DNA of 64,000 nt from Verrucomicrobiota bacterium (GTDB lineage: Bacteria; Verrucomicrobiota; Verrucomicrobiia; Opitutales; Cerasicoccaceae), in assembly GCA_039818205.1 (NCBI GenBank), contig JBCBUK010000012.1:71239-135238 (forward strand), read 5' to 3'. The notes below the pieces were generated by a model that did no database searches, was not told where the DNA came from, and worked only from the letters and a program-made list of their open reading frames with translations. Below are positions 37,748 to 46,861 of this stretch, piece after piece. The stretch's first letter is position 1, and each line of letters opens with the position of its first letter. Both the position numbers and the translations under genes were made by a program.

Positions 37748-39178
37748 CTACGAGCGCAGGAAGGAGTCGACTTTGCTGGCGACGATGACACCGTAATTGA
37801 TCGTTCCAAGCCAGCCGCTCATGATGATGCCGACGGAACCAGCGTGGTAGAGGCCAGGGAGCTGCTCCGGGAGTTCCATCGAGACTTTTAGCCCCTCAAA
37901 CTTGGTCCCAAATGAGGTACCGCCGAAGTGGCGTACGTAATTCTTTACGGTACGGGGCGTGGCGGCCTCAAGGTGGTCCACCTTCTCGCGGATGTCGGGG
38001 ATAAACTTCTCCAAGCCGTCGAGGGCCTCTTCGCACAGGCGCGTCTTTGCCGCTTGATAGTCCTCGTCAGAGAGGTTTTGCCAATCCGCCCATTGGGCAT
38101 TGAGCGAGGCCACGATTGCGTACCGGTCTTCCTTGAGGTGGGGCCGAGTTTCCGGGTAGTAAACCGAAAACGTGCGGCTCGAGGTGTTGAAGCTCGTCAA
38201 CTCCTCGCTGGAGAACTCATCGGCCTCGGAGGTAAAAACCAAGTCGCCGATGTTTGGGATGGATTCGCCCCGGCGAATTCCGATGTAAACCTGGCACGAG
38301 CTGGTGTTTACCCGCACCGCTTTGGCCTCCTCAACAAACTCTGGCGTGAAATTTTCTTCTCCGGCCAGCTCGAAAATCGTGTTCTTGATGTTGGAGTTCG
38401 ACATGACCGCACGGCATTTAATCGTCCGGGTCTCGCCGGTGCGGGGCTTGATGGTAACGCCCGTCACTTTGCCGTCTTCGACGTGCACTTTTTCGACCAG
38501 GCAATTTTTGCGCAATTCTACACCATTTTTCTCGAGCTCGGTGGTCATTTGACCAATCAACTGATCGGTGCCTCCCTGGTAGATGTAGACGCCCTTGCTC
38601 ATGAAGTTAGAAAACACGATGCCGTAGGTGATCGCGGGATCATCCCAGGTGGAACCGTTGGCGTAAGAAATGGGCTCCATCAGCAGACGGTGGACGTCGT
38701 TGCGGCCTGGAAAAAACTCTTCGAACATCTCCTTTGCCGTGCGATCGTCACGGTCATAGTAGTTCATTTGGCGCAAGTGCTCAAAAAAGCCCTCAACCTG
38801 CTCACGAGGAACGCCGAACTTTTCAATAAAGATTTTCGTAAAATCTTCGCGGTCGAACGTCGTTTCGATATCGAACTGCGGGTTGATAAAGCGCACGCTT
38901 TTGAGCTGCACGATGCGGTCGGAGATGTCCTTGCTCCAATATTTTCGGCAACTCTTGATCATCCCGATCGGAAATCCGTGAAGGGAGATGTCAAAAATGT
39001 GCCGGCCGGGCCGTTTAAACCAGGTCGCGAGGCCACCCAGTTGGTAATGATGCTCGAGGCAGAGCACCCGGTGCCCCATTTTTGCGAGGGTGTTGGCGCC
39101 GGTGAGCCCACCGAGCCCACTGCCAATCACGACCACGTCATATTCGTCTGCTACTCCTTCCAGCCAGTCTTTCGCCAT
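37748..39178 (-). CDS. Phytoene desaturase-like FAD-dependent oxidoreductase
   Basis: VIGSGLGGL Rossmann motif, EHH..LGG, ATPRT, GLYHAG; start MAKDWL. Confidence 0.85.
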   Translation of the reverse strand: MAKDWLEGVADEYDVVVIGSGLGGLTGANTLAKMGHRVLCLEHHYQLGGLATWFKRPGRHIFDISLHGFPIGMIKSCRKYWSKDISDRIVQLKSVRFINPQFDIETTFDREDFTKIFIEKFGVPREQVEGFFEHLRQMNYYDRDDRTAKEMFEEFFPGRNDVHRLLMEPISYANGSTWDDPAITYGIVFSNFMSKGVYIYQGGTDQLIGQMTTELEKNGVELRKNCLVEKVHVEDGKVTGVTIKPRTGETRTIKCRAVMSNSNIKNTIFELAGEENFTPEFVEEAKAVRVNTSSCQVYIGIRRGESIPNIGDLVFTSEADEFSSEELTSFNTSSRTFSVYYPETRPHLKEDRYAIVASLNAQWADWQNLSDEDYQAAKTRLCEEALDGLEKFIPDIREKVDHLEAATPRTVKNYVRHFGGTSFGTKFEGLKVSMELPEQLPGLYHAGSVGIIMSGWLGTINYGVIVASKVDSFLRS

Positions 39179-39314
39179 ATCAGTAATAAAATAGGAAAAC
39201 GGAGCAACGTAGGCCGACCGAGACGAATTGCAAGGGCGGATGCCAACAGGTTTGTCTTGGCGCGGGCAAGATTGTCTCACTAATGTGCCTGCAACGGACA
39301 ATAATTTTCAATTC

Positions 39315-40625
39315 ATGCCCTCCCCTTACTACAGTGACTTTGATTTTGCCGCCTGGGGAATGGACGGCCCAATCCAACCCAAGGCCGATCCCCACCGCCT
39401 GCCATTCCAGGTCGACCGCGACCGGGTAATTTTTTCTTTCGCGTTCCGCCGGCTTCAGTCCAAGACCCAAGTCTTTCAATCTGGCGAGTACGACTTTTAT
39501 CGCACACGGCTCACCCACTCGCTCGAAGTCGCTCGAATCGCGCGTTCCATTGGCGAATGGCTGCATCGTGGCGAGAATGGTGGGCAGCACATCGACCTGG
39601 ACCTCCTGGAAGCCATTGGCCTGGCCCACGACCTAGGGCACCCGCCCTACGGCCATATCGGCGAGCGAAAGCTTAACGAATTGATGGCAGACTTCGGTGG
39701 GTTTGAAGGAAATGCCCAGACCTTGCGCATTTTGACTGAGACCATCTACGAGCGTCCCGATGGGGCCACGGGCATGATCCCAACCCGCGCCTTCCTCGAT
39801 GGCGTGCTCAAATACAAATCGCTACGCGGTGAACTCATTGCGGCCTATTCCGAAGAGGAGCGGAGCGACGGGAAAAAGCCGAAGAATCACTTTATTTACG
39901 ACGAGCAGGCGCCGATTCGTGACTTTGTTTTCGATAATCTGACGCCACCACGGGACTTGGTGCTGAACAAATTTAAAAGCGTTGAGTGTCAGGTCATGGA
40001 CTGGGCCGACGACACGGCCTATTCGCTGCACGATATCGTCGACGGCGCAAAAGCGGGATTTTTAACCGTGGATTCGATCGAGCGCTGGGCGGAATCGCTG
40101 AGCGGGCCGCGGGCCGCGATGGCCAACCACCCCGCCCTCGCCTACCTGATCGATACGATAAAGCAGAACAAGTTGGAGCCTCGCTTCGCCCGAAAGGTTG
40201 GTGACTACATCCATGCTTGCCGCCTGGAGCCAACGAGCAATTTCTTGAGCGAGCGGACCAAGCGGCACGCTTACACCGTGGAGATCGATTCTGAGATCCA
40301 ACAGGAAAGCGAGTTCTTCAAAAACTTGGCGCTCGATGTTATTTTCCGCTCCACTCGAATTCAGCAAATTGAGTTCAAAGGCGGCATTATCCTGGACAAG
40401 CTCTTCCAGGCGCTCGCGAATCACTACTTGGGCAAGCTGGATCGGAAAAAGACCCTGAAGTTATTGCCAGACCCCGTCCACAGCTGGGTCCAATCCGCCG
40501 AGGGAGATGCCCTCCGCGCGCGCCTATTATGTGACTTTATTGCGAGCCTAACCGATCCCCAGGCCGCACGCCTATATAAGCGCTTGTTCGACCCAGATTT
40601 CGGTTCGATCACTGATTTATCCTAG
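39315..40625 (+). CDS. dgt: dGTP triphosphohydrolase
   Basis: FRRLQSKTQV, RTRLTHSLEV, HDLGHPPYGH.GE, FEGNAQ, ADDTAYSLHD. Confidence 0.95.
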   Translation: MPSPYYSDFDFAAWGMDGPIQPKADPHRLPFQVDRDRVIFSFAFRRLQSKTQVFQSGEYDFYRTRLTHSLEVARIARSIGEWLHRGENGGQHIDLDLLEAIGLAHDLGHPPYGHIGERKLNELMADFGGFEGNAQTLRILTETIYERPDGATGMIPTRAFLDGVLKYKSLRGELIAAYSEEERSDGKKPKNHFIYDEQAPIRDFVFDNLTPPRDLVLNKFKSVECQVMDWADDTAYSLHDIVDGAKAGFLTVDSIERWAESLSGPRAAMANHPALAYLIDTIKQNKLEPRFARKVGDYIHACRLEPTSNFLSERTKRHAYTVEIDSEIQQESEFFKNLALDVIFRSTRIQQIEFKGGIILDKLFQALANHYLGKLDRKKTLKLLPDPVHSWVQSAEGDALRARLLCDFIASLTDPQAARLYKRLFDPDFGSITDLS

Positions 40626-40631
40626 GCGGAA

Positions 40632-41111
40632 CTAGAACTTGTGGTCTTTCTCACCCTCTTTCTCCGGGGTGACGTATTTCATGTCCACCTCTTTGAAGAT
40701 TTCATCGAGCGTCTCATCGACCATCGCCTCAGGAGAGATTCGCTGCAACGATGGGCGGAAAGACTCCGCTTGCGCCACGGTTCCACCGGTGCGATTGCGG
40801 ATATCGATCTTCAAATTGGTCATATACATCGTCATATCCCACATCCAGCGATCTTCGTAGGAAACCACAAAGGTCGCGCCCGGTGGAACATCACCCATGG
40901 GCCCTGCGGACGCCTTGAAACCGCGTTCGCGGAACGACTGGGCAATGATCGAATCGATGCCACGCTTGTCAGCCGGGAGCGTTTCAACGTAATAAAAATC
41001 CTGCGCGCCAAAAGTAGCGGCAGTGGACACGTTTCCAGATTGGTTGGCGCAGCCACTCAACACGAGGAGCGCACCAACCAGGCAAAATAATACAGTAAAG
41101 ACTCGTTTCAT
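40632..41111 (-). CDS. Putative lipoprotein
   Basis: Lipobox LSGC after hydrophobic stretch; YEDRWMWDM motif. Confidence 0.75.
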   Translation of the reverse strand: MKRVFTVLFCLVGALLVLSGCANQSGNVSTAATFGAQDFYYVETLPADKRGIDSIIAQSFRERGFKASAGPMGDVPPGATFVVSYEDRWMWDMTMYMTNLKIDIRNRTGGTVAQAESFRPSLQRISPEAMVDETLDEIFKEVDMKYVTPEKEGEKDHKF

Positions 41112-41228
41112 CACGGAAAGAGTGAAGGAGTCTTGCAGATCAGCACAAGTATTTTTTCTTACAATTCTATTCGTTCGGAGCAAACTGAAGCCAACGGAGT
41201 TGCCTATTGCAAGCCGATGGAACTAAAT

Positions 41229-41813
41229 CTACCAGCCGACGGCATTGCGCTCGCCCTGTTTAGTAATCGTCTTTTCATCCTCCCAAACGGCGAGGCCCGT
41301 ATTGATCTCGGTCAACGACATTTGAAAGATATAGGCAACCTGTTTGGTGCTTCCCGCGCTAGCGCGGTCCTCAATGATTCGCCCCGAAAGCGTAAAGTAA
41401 GGGCGGGCTGCGGGCGGGTAATTGTACTCAGCAGCCAATTCTCGGGCGAGCTCGTCCTCAGCCTGACCGCCAGGTCCAATGACACTGGTGGTCAAAACCT
41501 TGCCGCTTTGGTTTAAGGCCACGCGAATCTTCTTCGTCAACAAGTTGGTATCGACCAGTTGCGTGGTATTATTGACGATCCGACTGACGGCCATGATCGT
41601 CGGCGTGTTGGGATCGCGAGCGAGCACGTTTGAGCTCAGAAGCGAAATGATCATCTGGTCGGCAGCCTGGGCCCAATCCTGGGTGTTGATCTTATCCAGG
41701 CTCACGATCGTTTGCGGGCTATTGCTTTCGACGTAGGTCGCGGGTGTTTTACAGCCCTGAACCAAGAGCAATGAGGCTGCGGAAAGAGCAATGATTTTGA
41801 ATGAGTGACTCAT
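41229..41813 (-). CDS. lpoB: Penicillin-binding protein activator LpoB-like lipoprotein
   Basis: Lipobox VQGC; I.NNT...DT..LT.KI...L..SGK; TGLAVW...KTITK. Confidence 0.82.
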   Translation of the reverse strand: MSHSFKIIALSAASLLLVQGCKTPATYVESNSPQTIVSLDKINTQDWAQAADQMIISLLSSNVLARDPNTPTIMAVSRIVNNTTQLVDTNLLTKKIRVALNQSGKVLTTSVIGPGGQAEDELARELAAEYNYPPAARPYFTLSGRIIEDRASAGSTKQVAYIFQMSLTEINTGLAVWEDEKTITKQGERNAVGW

Positions 41814-41823
41814 GATGATCGGA

Positions 41824-42267
41824 TTAGTTAAATGGGTTGAGGTCAATGTCCCGGGCATCGCCCGCCTTGATCAGCTGCAAACGAAAATCGACAACGCGGG
41901 GATTGGGAGCGACAGCAGACACGAACTGCACACCACCAGAAGGCAACTGCACACCACGCCATACGGGATCGGGGCTGGTCACCGCCATGCCATTTTGTTC
42001 GATCCAGATGAAGCGATAATTAAAGCCACGATAGCGACTACTGATGCTCTGCACTTCGACTTGGACTTTCATCAAGTTGCCGCTGACGATGGATTCGTTC
42101 ACCTGAACGATTTCTATCCAGTCCGCCAATTCGGAGTCGCGGATTTCAACCTGGCTTGGAATTGCACTTGGCGTGGCTCGTTGGTTAGTTGGCTCGACGG
42201 TATTAACCGAGGCGCAACCTGCCATGAGGGCCAACGCGAATAGACCGGAAAAGAGGCTCGTTTTCAT
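41824..42267 (-). CDS. YcfL/DUF1425 family lipoprotein
   Basis: Lipobox MAGC; YRFIW...GM, VAPNPRVVDFRL. Confidence 0.82.
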   Translation of the reverse strand: MKTSLFSGLFALALMAGCASVNTVEPTNQRATPSAIPSQVEIRDSELADWIEIVQVNESIVSGNLMKVQVEVQSISSRYRGFNYRFIWIEQNGMAVTSPDPVWRGVQLPSGGVQFVSAVAPNPRVVDFRLQLIKAGDARDIDLNPFN

Positions 42268-43754
42268 AATTGGGCAGTGTTTGTTGCTTTCGACCTTGGT
42301 GCGTTCACAGGCTGAAGGGGCACCAAGGAGTTTTGTTGAATAATGAGCGGGCTGTATCGGCTATTGCTTTTGACATAGACCAAGTTAACGCCCGCTCCGG
42401 GAAGGTCAATGGTCACCGGCTGAGAGCTCCCCACCGCTTTTAGATTCAGCTGACCACTTACTGGTGTGGGGATACGGCAATACTGAAATTGTTTGGGCAA
42501 CGTCACCCAGGTTCGCAGATCGGCCTGGTTCATCGAGGCCTGGTAGATGGATCCCGCGATAACAACGCCCCAGTAGGCATATTTGTTGTCCTTGGCTGCT
42601 TCCTGCAGACCATACTGAGCAGCCGCCTTGGTCCCGGCAGAAATCAAGGTCTTGATAATGACCAGGGGCAGGCGCTGATCAAACTCAGTCGCAATGACGG
42701 CGTCCATATCGCAAACGAGTGCGGTCTCAGTCGAATAGCCCTCTGATTCAACAATCAGCGCTGGGGCATAGTTGCCGTTGAACCGCAGCTGCGGGAAGGC
42801 GACGCCCACATAGGGCACCTCTCGAGTCACAATAAAGAGTGGAATATTGATGCTGATCTGATCCCGAGAGGGTGCCATGCCGGTTTCAAAAATCACGTAG
42901 GTCATCGATGGCATGGGCTCGCCACGCAAACGGGCTTCAACTAAATCAAGATCGTCTTTCAGGTATTCGTTGAACGGAGCCATGGCGACGACACGTTGAA
43001 AGCTCTTTCGGGAGCGCTCGAGATCGTTAAACTCCAAATTGTTCGTGAGGTGGATCAGCCCATCGAGAAACACGGCAAAGGGATTCACGTAGTCACCGTA
43101 GTTTCGCACCTCGTCCAGGTATCCGTAGTTCGAAGTGATCTGGCTCGAAAACTGGCTGTCATTCCGGGCGCGATCCACGTTGTAGTATCGGTCGCCCTTG
43201 GGATCGCGAGCCGCCAAGCGAGATTCATCCGCCGCCGCTTGATTCGCCGCCGAAATCGCCTCGGCATTTTCTCGGACGGCCTCCTGCTGGCGAACGTAAA
43301 CCCGATTGAGCGCGACCCGGGCATTCTCGATCTGCCCCATTTGCCAGAAGTTGAGCGCGAAATAGGCGTTCATCATGATCCGGTCATAATGATAGCCCTG
43401 ATAAGGCAGGAAACTCTGGTTGGTGAAATTGGCTTTCGTCTCGTTGAGAATACTGACTTCCGGCCCTTCATCGTATTCCTGGATGCGAGCGTTGGCTTGG
43501 GTGAGTGCCAGGTTGCTACCCGCAAACTCATCGAGGTACCGCTTAGCGCTGGCTTCTTCGAGCCGCCAGATCACATAATCCGCGGAACTCGGTTCGTTGT
43601 CGGCCTGGCTTTGTGCAATGTCAGCCGCAACCGCAACATTACCCGCCTCCCAGGAGCTGCGCATGTAGGCGGTCTCTTGCTTGTAGTTCGCGCAGCCCGC
43701 CAACATCCATACAATGCTGACCAGTAGCGCGAAACTGCCAAAACGGGAACTCAT
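42264..43754 (-). CDS. COG3014-family TPR lipoprotein
   Basis: Lipobox LAGC; Y.G..YD, NARV, ETG.AP, ADLRTWVTLP; in the COG3014-ycfL-lpoB order. Confidence 0.85.
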   Translation of the reverse strand: MSSRFGSFALLVSIVWMLAGCANYKQETAYMRSSWEAGNVAVAADIAQSQADNEPSSADYVIWRLEEASAKRYLDEFAGSNLALTQANARIQEYDEGPEVSILNETKANFTNQSFLPYQGYHYDRIMMNAYFALNFWQMGQIENARVALNRVYVRQQEAVRENAEAISAANQAAADESRLAARDPKGDRYYNVDRARNDSQFSSQITSNYGYLDEVRNYGDYVNPFAVFLDGLIHLTNNLEFNDLERSRKSFQRVVAMAPFNEYLKDDLDLVEARLRGEPMPSMTYVIFETGMAPSRDQISINIPLFIVTREVPYVGVAFPQLRFNGNYAPALIVESEGYSTETALVCDMDAVIATEFDQRLPLVIIKTLISAGTKAAAQYGLQEAAKDNKYAYWGVVIAGSIYQASMNQADLRTWVTLPKQFQYCRIPTPVSGQLNLKAVGSSQPVTIDLPGAGVNLVYVKSNSRYSPLIIQQNSLVPLQPVNAPRSKATNTAQL

Positions 43755-43981
43755 TGGTGTAATATCTGACTATGCATCTAACGTCGCACAACACACAAAT
43801 ATTCAACCTTTTCTGGAATATTTTACCAAAGCATTTGAAATTCGATCAGTTGGACCGAAACGCGGATACCCAAACACCCCCGACCGTTTTCATTGTAAGG
43901 ATTCCTGCATTGACGCAGACTAAAAGATGATTTTGGTTGATGGATTCAATTTAGCGCAATTTGGGGGCGCACATTACGAAC

Positions 43982-44386
43982 ATGCTAGTCGACATTCTTA
44001 AATGTAAGATTTTGCGAGCGGAAGTCACCGAAGCAGAGGTGGACTATGAGGGCTCGCTGGCCATTGATTCCGAGTTGATGGAGCGCATTGGCTTACTTCC
44101 CTACGAAAAAATCCTCGTGGGCAACATCACAAATGGCGAACGTCTAGAGACTTACGCAATTGAAGCACCTGCTGGATCGCGTAAATTTGCGCTCAACGGC
44201 GCCGCTGCCCACAAAGGCAAACCGGGTGACTTGATCGTCATTATGTCCTTTGCCAGGATGAGCGTGGAAGAGGCGCGCACACACACTCCCCGCGTAGTTG
44301 TGCTTGCCGATGGCAATAAGACGATCGTCAAGGAACGCGCACCGGGCGCACCAGAAGCCGATTTCGTTGTTGCTGAGGCGAACTAA
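43982..44386 (+). CDS. panD: Aspartate 1-decarboxylase
   Basis: YEGSLAID autocleavage site, [15 protein letters not shown]. Confidence 0.95.
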   Translation: MLVDILKCKILRAEVTEAEVDYEGSLAIDSELMERIGLLPYEKILVGNITNGERLETYAIEAPAGSRKFALNGAAAHKGKPGDLIVIMSFARMSVEEARTHTPRVVVLADGNKTIVKERAPGAPEADFVVAEAN

Positions 44387-44394
44387 GCTGGCGC

Positions 44395-44430
44395 AAAAAA
44401 CCTGACGCCTCCTCAAGAGAAAGCGCCAGG
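44395..44430 (-). terminator. Rho-independent terminator between convergent panD and VOC genes
   Basis: Minus strand CCTGGCGCTTTCTC..GAGGAGGCGTCAGG followed by TTTTTT. Confidence 0.7.
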
Positions 44431-44460
44431 TGGTTCGTTTTCGGTTATGAGAAAATCAGA

Positions 44461-44910
44461 TTAGACGCCCATGGCGGCTTTCGCACGGTTCATCATCTCT
44501 TCGGGCGAAACGTCTTCAATGTGCTGACGGATGCACCAACGATAGCCAAAGGGGTCCTTCAAGAGGGCCGTGCGTTTACCCCAGAATTGATCTTCGGGCT
44601 CCAAAATCACCGTGCCGCCAGCGTCGACCGCGACCTTGAATGCGGCATCGCAATCCTCGGTATTGATCGCGAGCAGGTTTGGACATAAGGAGCCTTCTGC
44701 AGGTGCAAATGCCTCCCACTGCGGGAACTCAGAGGAAACATACATGTGGGTGTTGCCCAACATGAACTCGCCGTGCATGACGGTTCCATCCGGCGTGGCC
44801 AGGCGGAAGAGCTCGTTGGCTCCCAATGCCTTAACGTAAAAGTCTAGCGCCGCTCCGGCGTCTTTGACGGTTAATGAAACGGTTACAGTAGGTTCAGGAA
44901 TTTCACTCAT
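44461..44910 (-). CDS. VOC/glyoxalase (PhnB-like) protein
   Basis: ALDFYVKALGA, DQFWG.R...KDPFGYRW. Confidence 0.88.
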   Translation of the reverse strand: MSEIPEPTVTVSLTVKDAGAALDFYVKALGANELFRLATPDGTVMHGEFMLGNTHMYVSSEFPQWEAFAPAEGSLCPNLLAINTEDCDAAFKVAVDAGGTVILEPEDQFWGKRTALLKDPFGYRWCIRQHIEDVSPEEMMNRAKAAMGV

Positions 44911-45189
44911 GGCAGCCCACTTAGTCGTAACCGCAATGCGATCCTTGCGGGAAAACACTAACCTGACTCAATATTTCTGGATTCGCCGGGATATCCTATA
45001 ATAGTAACCCGAATCTATAATTTTCAATTTCTGCCTACCAGTGCTCAAATTCTACTCATGGGAAACGATTCTGGCTTTGCTCAAAATGGCTGTTTGTGAT
45101 CGCAATTTCGGCGGGCCAGGGCACCGAGGTCGAGAGCACAATCCAATTACCGCGACACATTGGCGCATAAAATTTTCCGACGTGGACGT

Positions 45190-45219
45190 TTGACACCGAA
45201 TAGGATTCCCCCTTATAGC
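45190..45219 (+). promoter_or_regulatory. Putative sigma70 promoter of the aminotransferase
   Basis: TTGACA, 18 nt spacer, TATAGC; about 45 nt upstream of the start. Confidence 0.45.
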
Positions 45220-45262
45220 CGCAACTGCATTTATAAATCGAACCCGAAAATCAGACATCCAC

Positions 45263-46351
45263 GTGAGCTATAAACTCTTCATTCCCGGACCTGTCCACGT
45301 ATCAGAAAAGACGCTGCAAGCCATGACCCAATGGGTAATGGGCCACCGCAGTAAAGATTTCGTCGCGCTCTATCAATCCGTTCAGCCTCAATTGCAGGAG
45401 CTGTTCTATACGAAGGACCCCGTTTTCATCAGCACATCCAGCGCCTGGGGCGTCATGGAAGGTGCCATCCGCAACGTCACTAAAAAGGGCGTGCTCAATG
45501 TGATGTCCGGTGCCTTCTCCGACAAATGGAATGACGTGGCTAAGCGCTGTGGCTTGCCCTGTGGCGCCCTGCAGTATGATTGGGGAACCCCGATTGACCC
45601 TGCCGACGTTCGCCGGGAGCTTGAAACTGGCAAATACGACGCCATCACCTTCATCCACAATGAGACCTCGACTGGCACCATGAACCCCCTCGCGGAGATC
45701 ATGGCTGTTCTAAAAGACTTCCCGGATGTCATTTCGATCACCGACACCGTTAGCTCCTTTACCGCGGTCCCAATCAAAAAGGATGAGCTGGGAATCGACG
45801 TCATCCTCACCGGCTCTCAAAAAGCCCTCGCCCTACCGCCAGGCCTGTCGCTTATTTCAGTTTCCGAGCGCGCAATGAAGCGGGCAGAAACTGTCGAAGG
45901 TCGCGGTTACTACTTTGACTTCATCGAGTTCCAAAAGAACTACGAAAAGGGCATGACTCCGAGCACACCGATCATCCCTCTGATTTATGCGCTCAAGAGT
46001 AAGCTCGAGGATATCTTTGAGGAAGGTCTCGAGAATCGCTATGCCCGCCACGAGCGCTTGAACAATCTCGTTCGCGATTGGGGCACCAAACATGGCCTGG
46101 AGCTTCTGCCGCCCGCCGAATTCGGCTCGAAGACGCTTTGCTGCTTCAAAAACGAAAAGGGCATCGACCTCGAAGGCCTTCGCAAGGAACTCAAAGCAAA
46201 ATATAGCTGCGACATCGACGGCGGTTATGGCAAAGTCAAAGGCAAGACCTTCCGTATCTCTAATATGGGAGACGAAACCGACGAAACCATGACTGAACTC
46301 CTGGGCTTCCTCGACGAGCTTCTGCCGCAATTCACGCCCAGGCCTGCGTAA
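45263..46351 (+). CDS. Class V PLP aminotransferase (alanine/serine-glyoxylate family)
   Basis: IPGP, HRS..F, HNETSTG, DTVSS, GSQKALALPPG, TP. Confidence 0.9.
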   Translation: MSYKLFIPGPVHVSEKTLQAMTQWVMGHRSKDFVALYQSVQPQLQELFYTKDPVFISTSSAWGVMEGAIRNVTKKGVLNVMSGAFSDKWNDVAKRCGLPCGALQYDWGTPIDPADVRRELETGKYDAITFIHNETSTGTMNPLAEIMAVLKDFPDVISITDTVSSFTAVPIKKDELGIDVILTGSQKALALPPGLSLISVSERAMKRAETVEGRGYYFDFIEFQKNYEKGMTPSTPIIPLIYALKSKLEDIFEEGLENRYARHERLNNLVRDWGTKHGLELLPPAEFGSKTLCCFKNEKGIDLEGLRKELKAKYSCDIDGGYGKVKGKTFRISNMGDETDETMTELLGFLDELLPQFTPRPA

Positions 46352-46463
46352 GCCCAATTTAAGCTGAAAGGTCGGGGAGCTCGGCAACGCGCCTCCCGAC
46401 TACTCATCTTCAAGGGCCTTCCAGCCAATTCAGGTCAGTACAAAGATAGAAACTATACACATC

Positions 46464-46802
46464 ATGAAATACATACTTACATGCTTGCTCCTATCTTTAC
46501 CACTGGCCTTGATGTCGGCTCCCAATATTGGGCAAAAAGCTGGCTTTACGGTCGTTACCTACACCGACGTCTTTAGTGGTTTAGAGAATCAACGCATCTT
46601 CAAGGCCAGCGAGATCCGCGCAATAGAAACCACAACTGATGTTGATGGAGAGTTTACTAGCGTCAGGATTGATATTTTATTCCAAACAATCGTTGCCACT
46701 GCCCAGGGCAGCCAACGGCCATTTACAATCGATATTTATGTCAAAGACGCTGTTGAACGAGACCTCATTGTGAATGGCATCTTTGACCAAATGAACGACT
46801 AA
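46464..46802 (+). CDS. Hypothetical secreted protein
   Basis: Signal peptide MKYILTCLLLSLPLALMSA; fills the gap. Confidence 0.65.
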   Translation: MKYILTCLLLSLPLALMSAPNIGQKAGFTVVTYTDVFSGLENQRIFKASEIRAIETTTDVDGEFTSVRIDILFQTIVATAQGSQRPFTIDIYVKDAVERDLIVNGIFDQMND

Positions 46803-46861
46803 CCTGGAAAACCTTTCTACACTCGACGACCTACCCTACTGACCGCTGCTAACCAATCTAT

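Noticed and set aside
37928..39283. 451-aa plus-strand ORF
   Set aside because: Antisense shadow of the FAD oxidoreductase, with no recognisable motifs.
39315..40625. dGTPase as an anti-phage defence gene
   Set aside because: It looks like a housekeeping dgt; no defence-island or mobile context.
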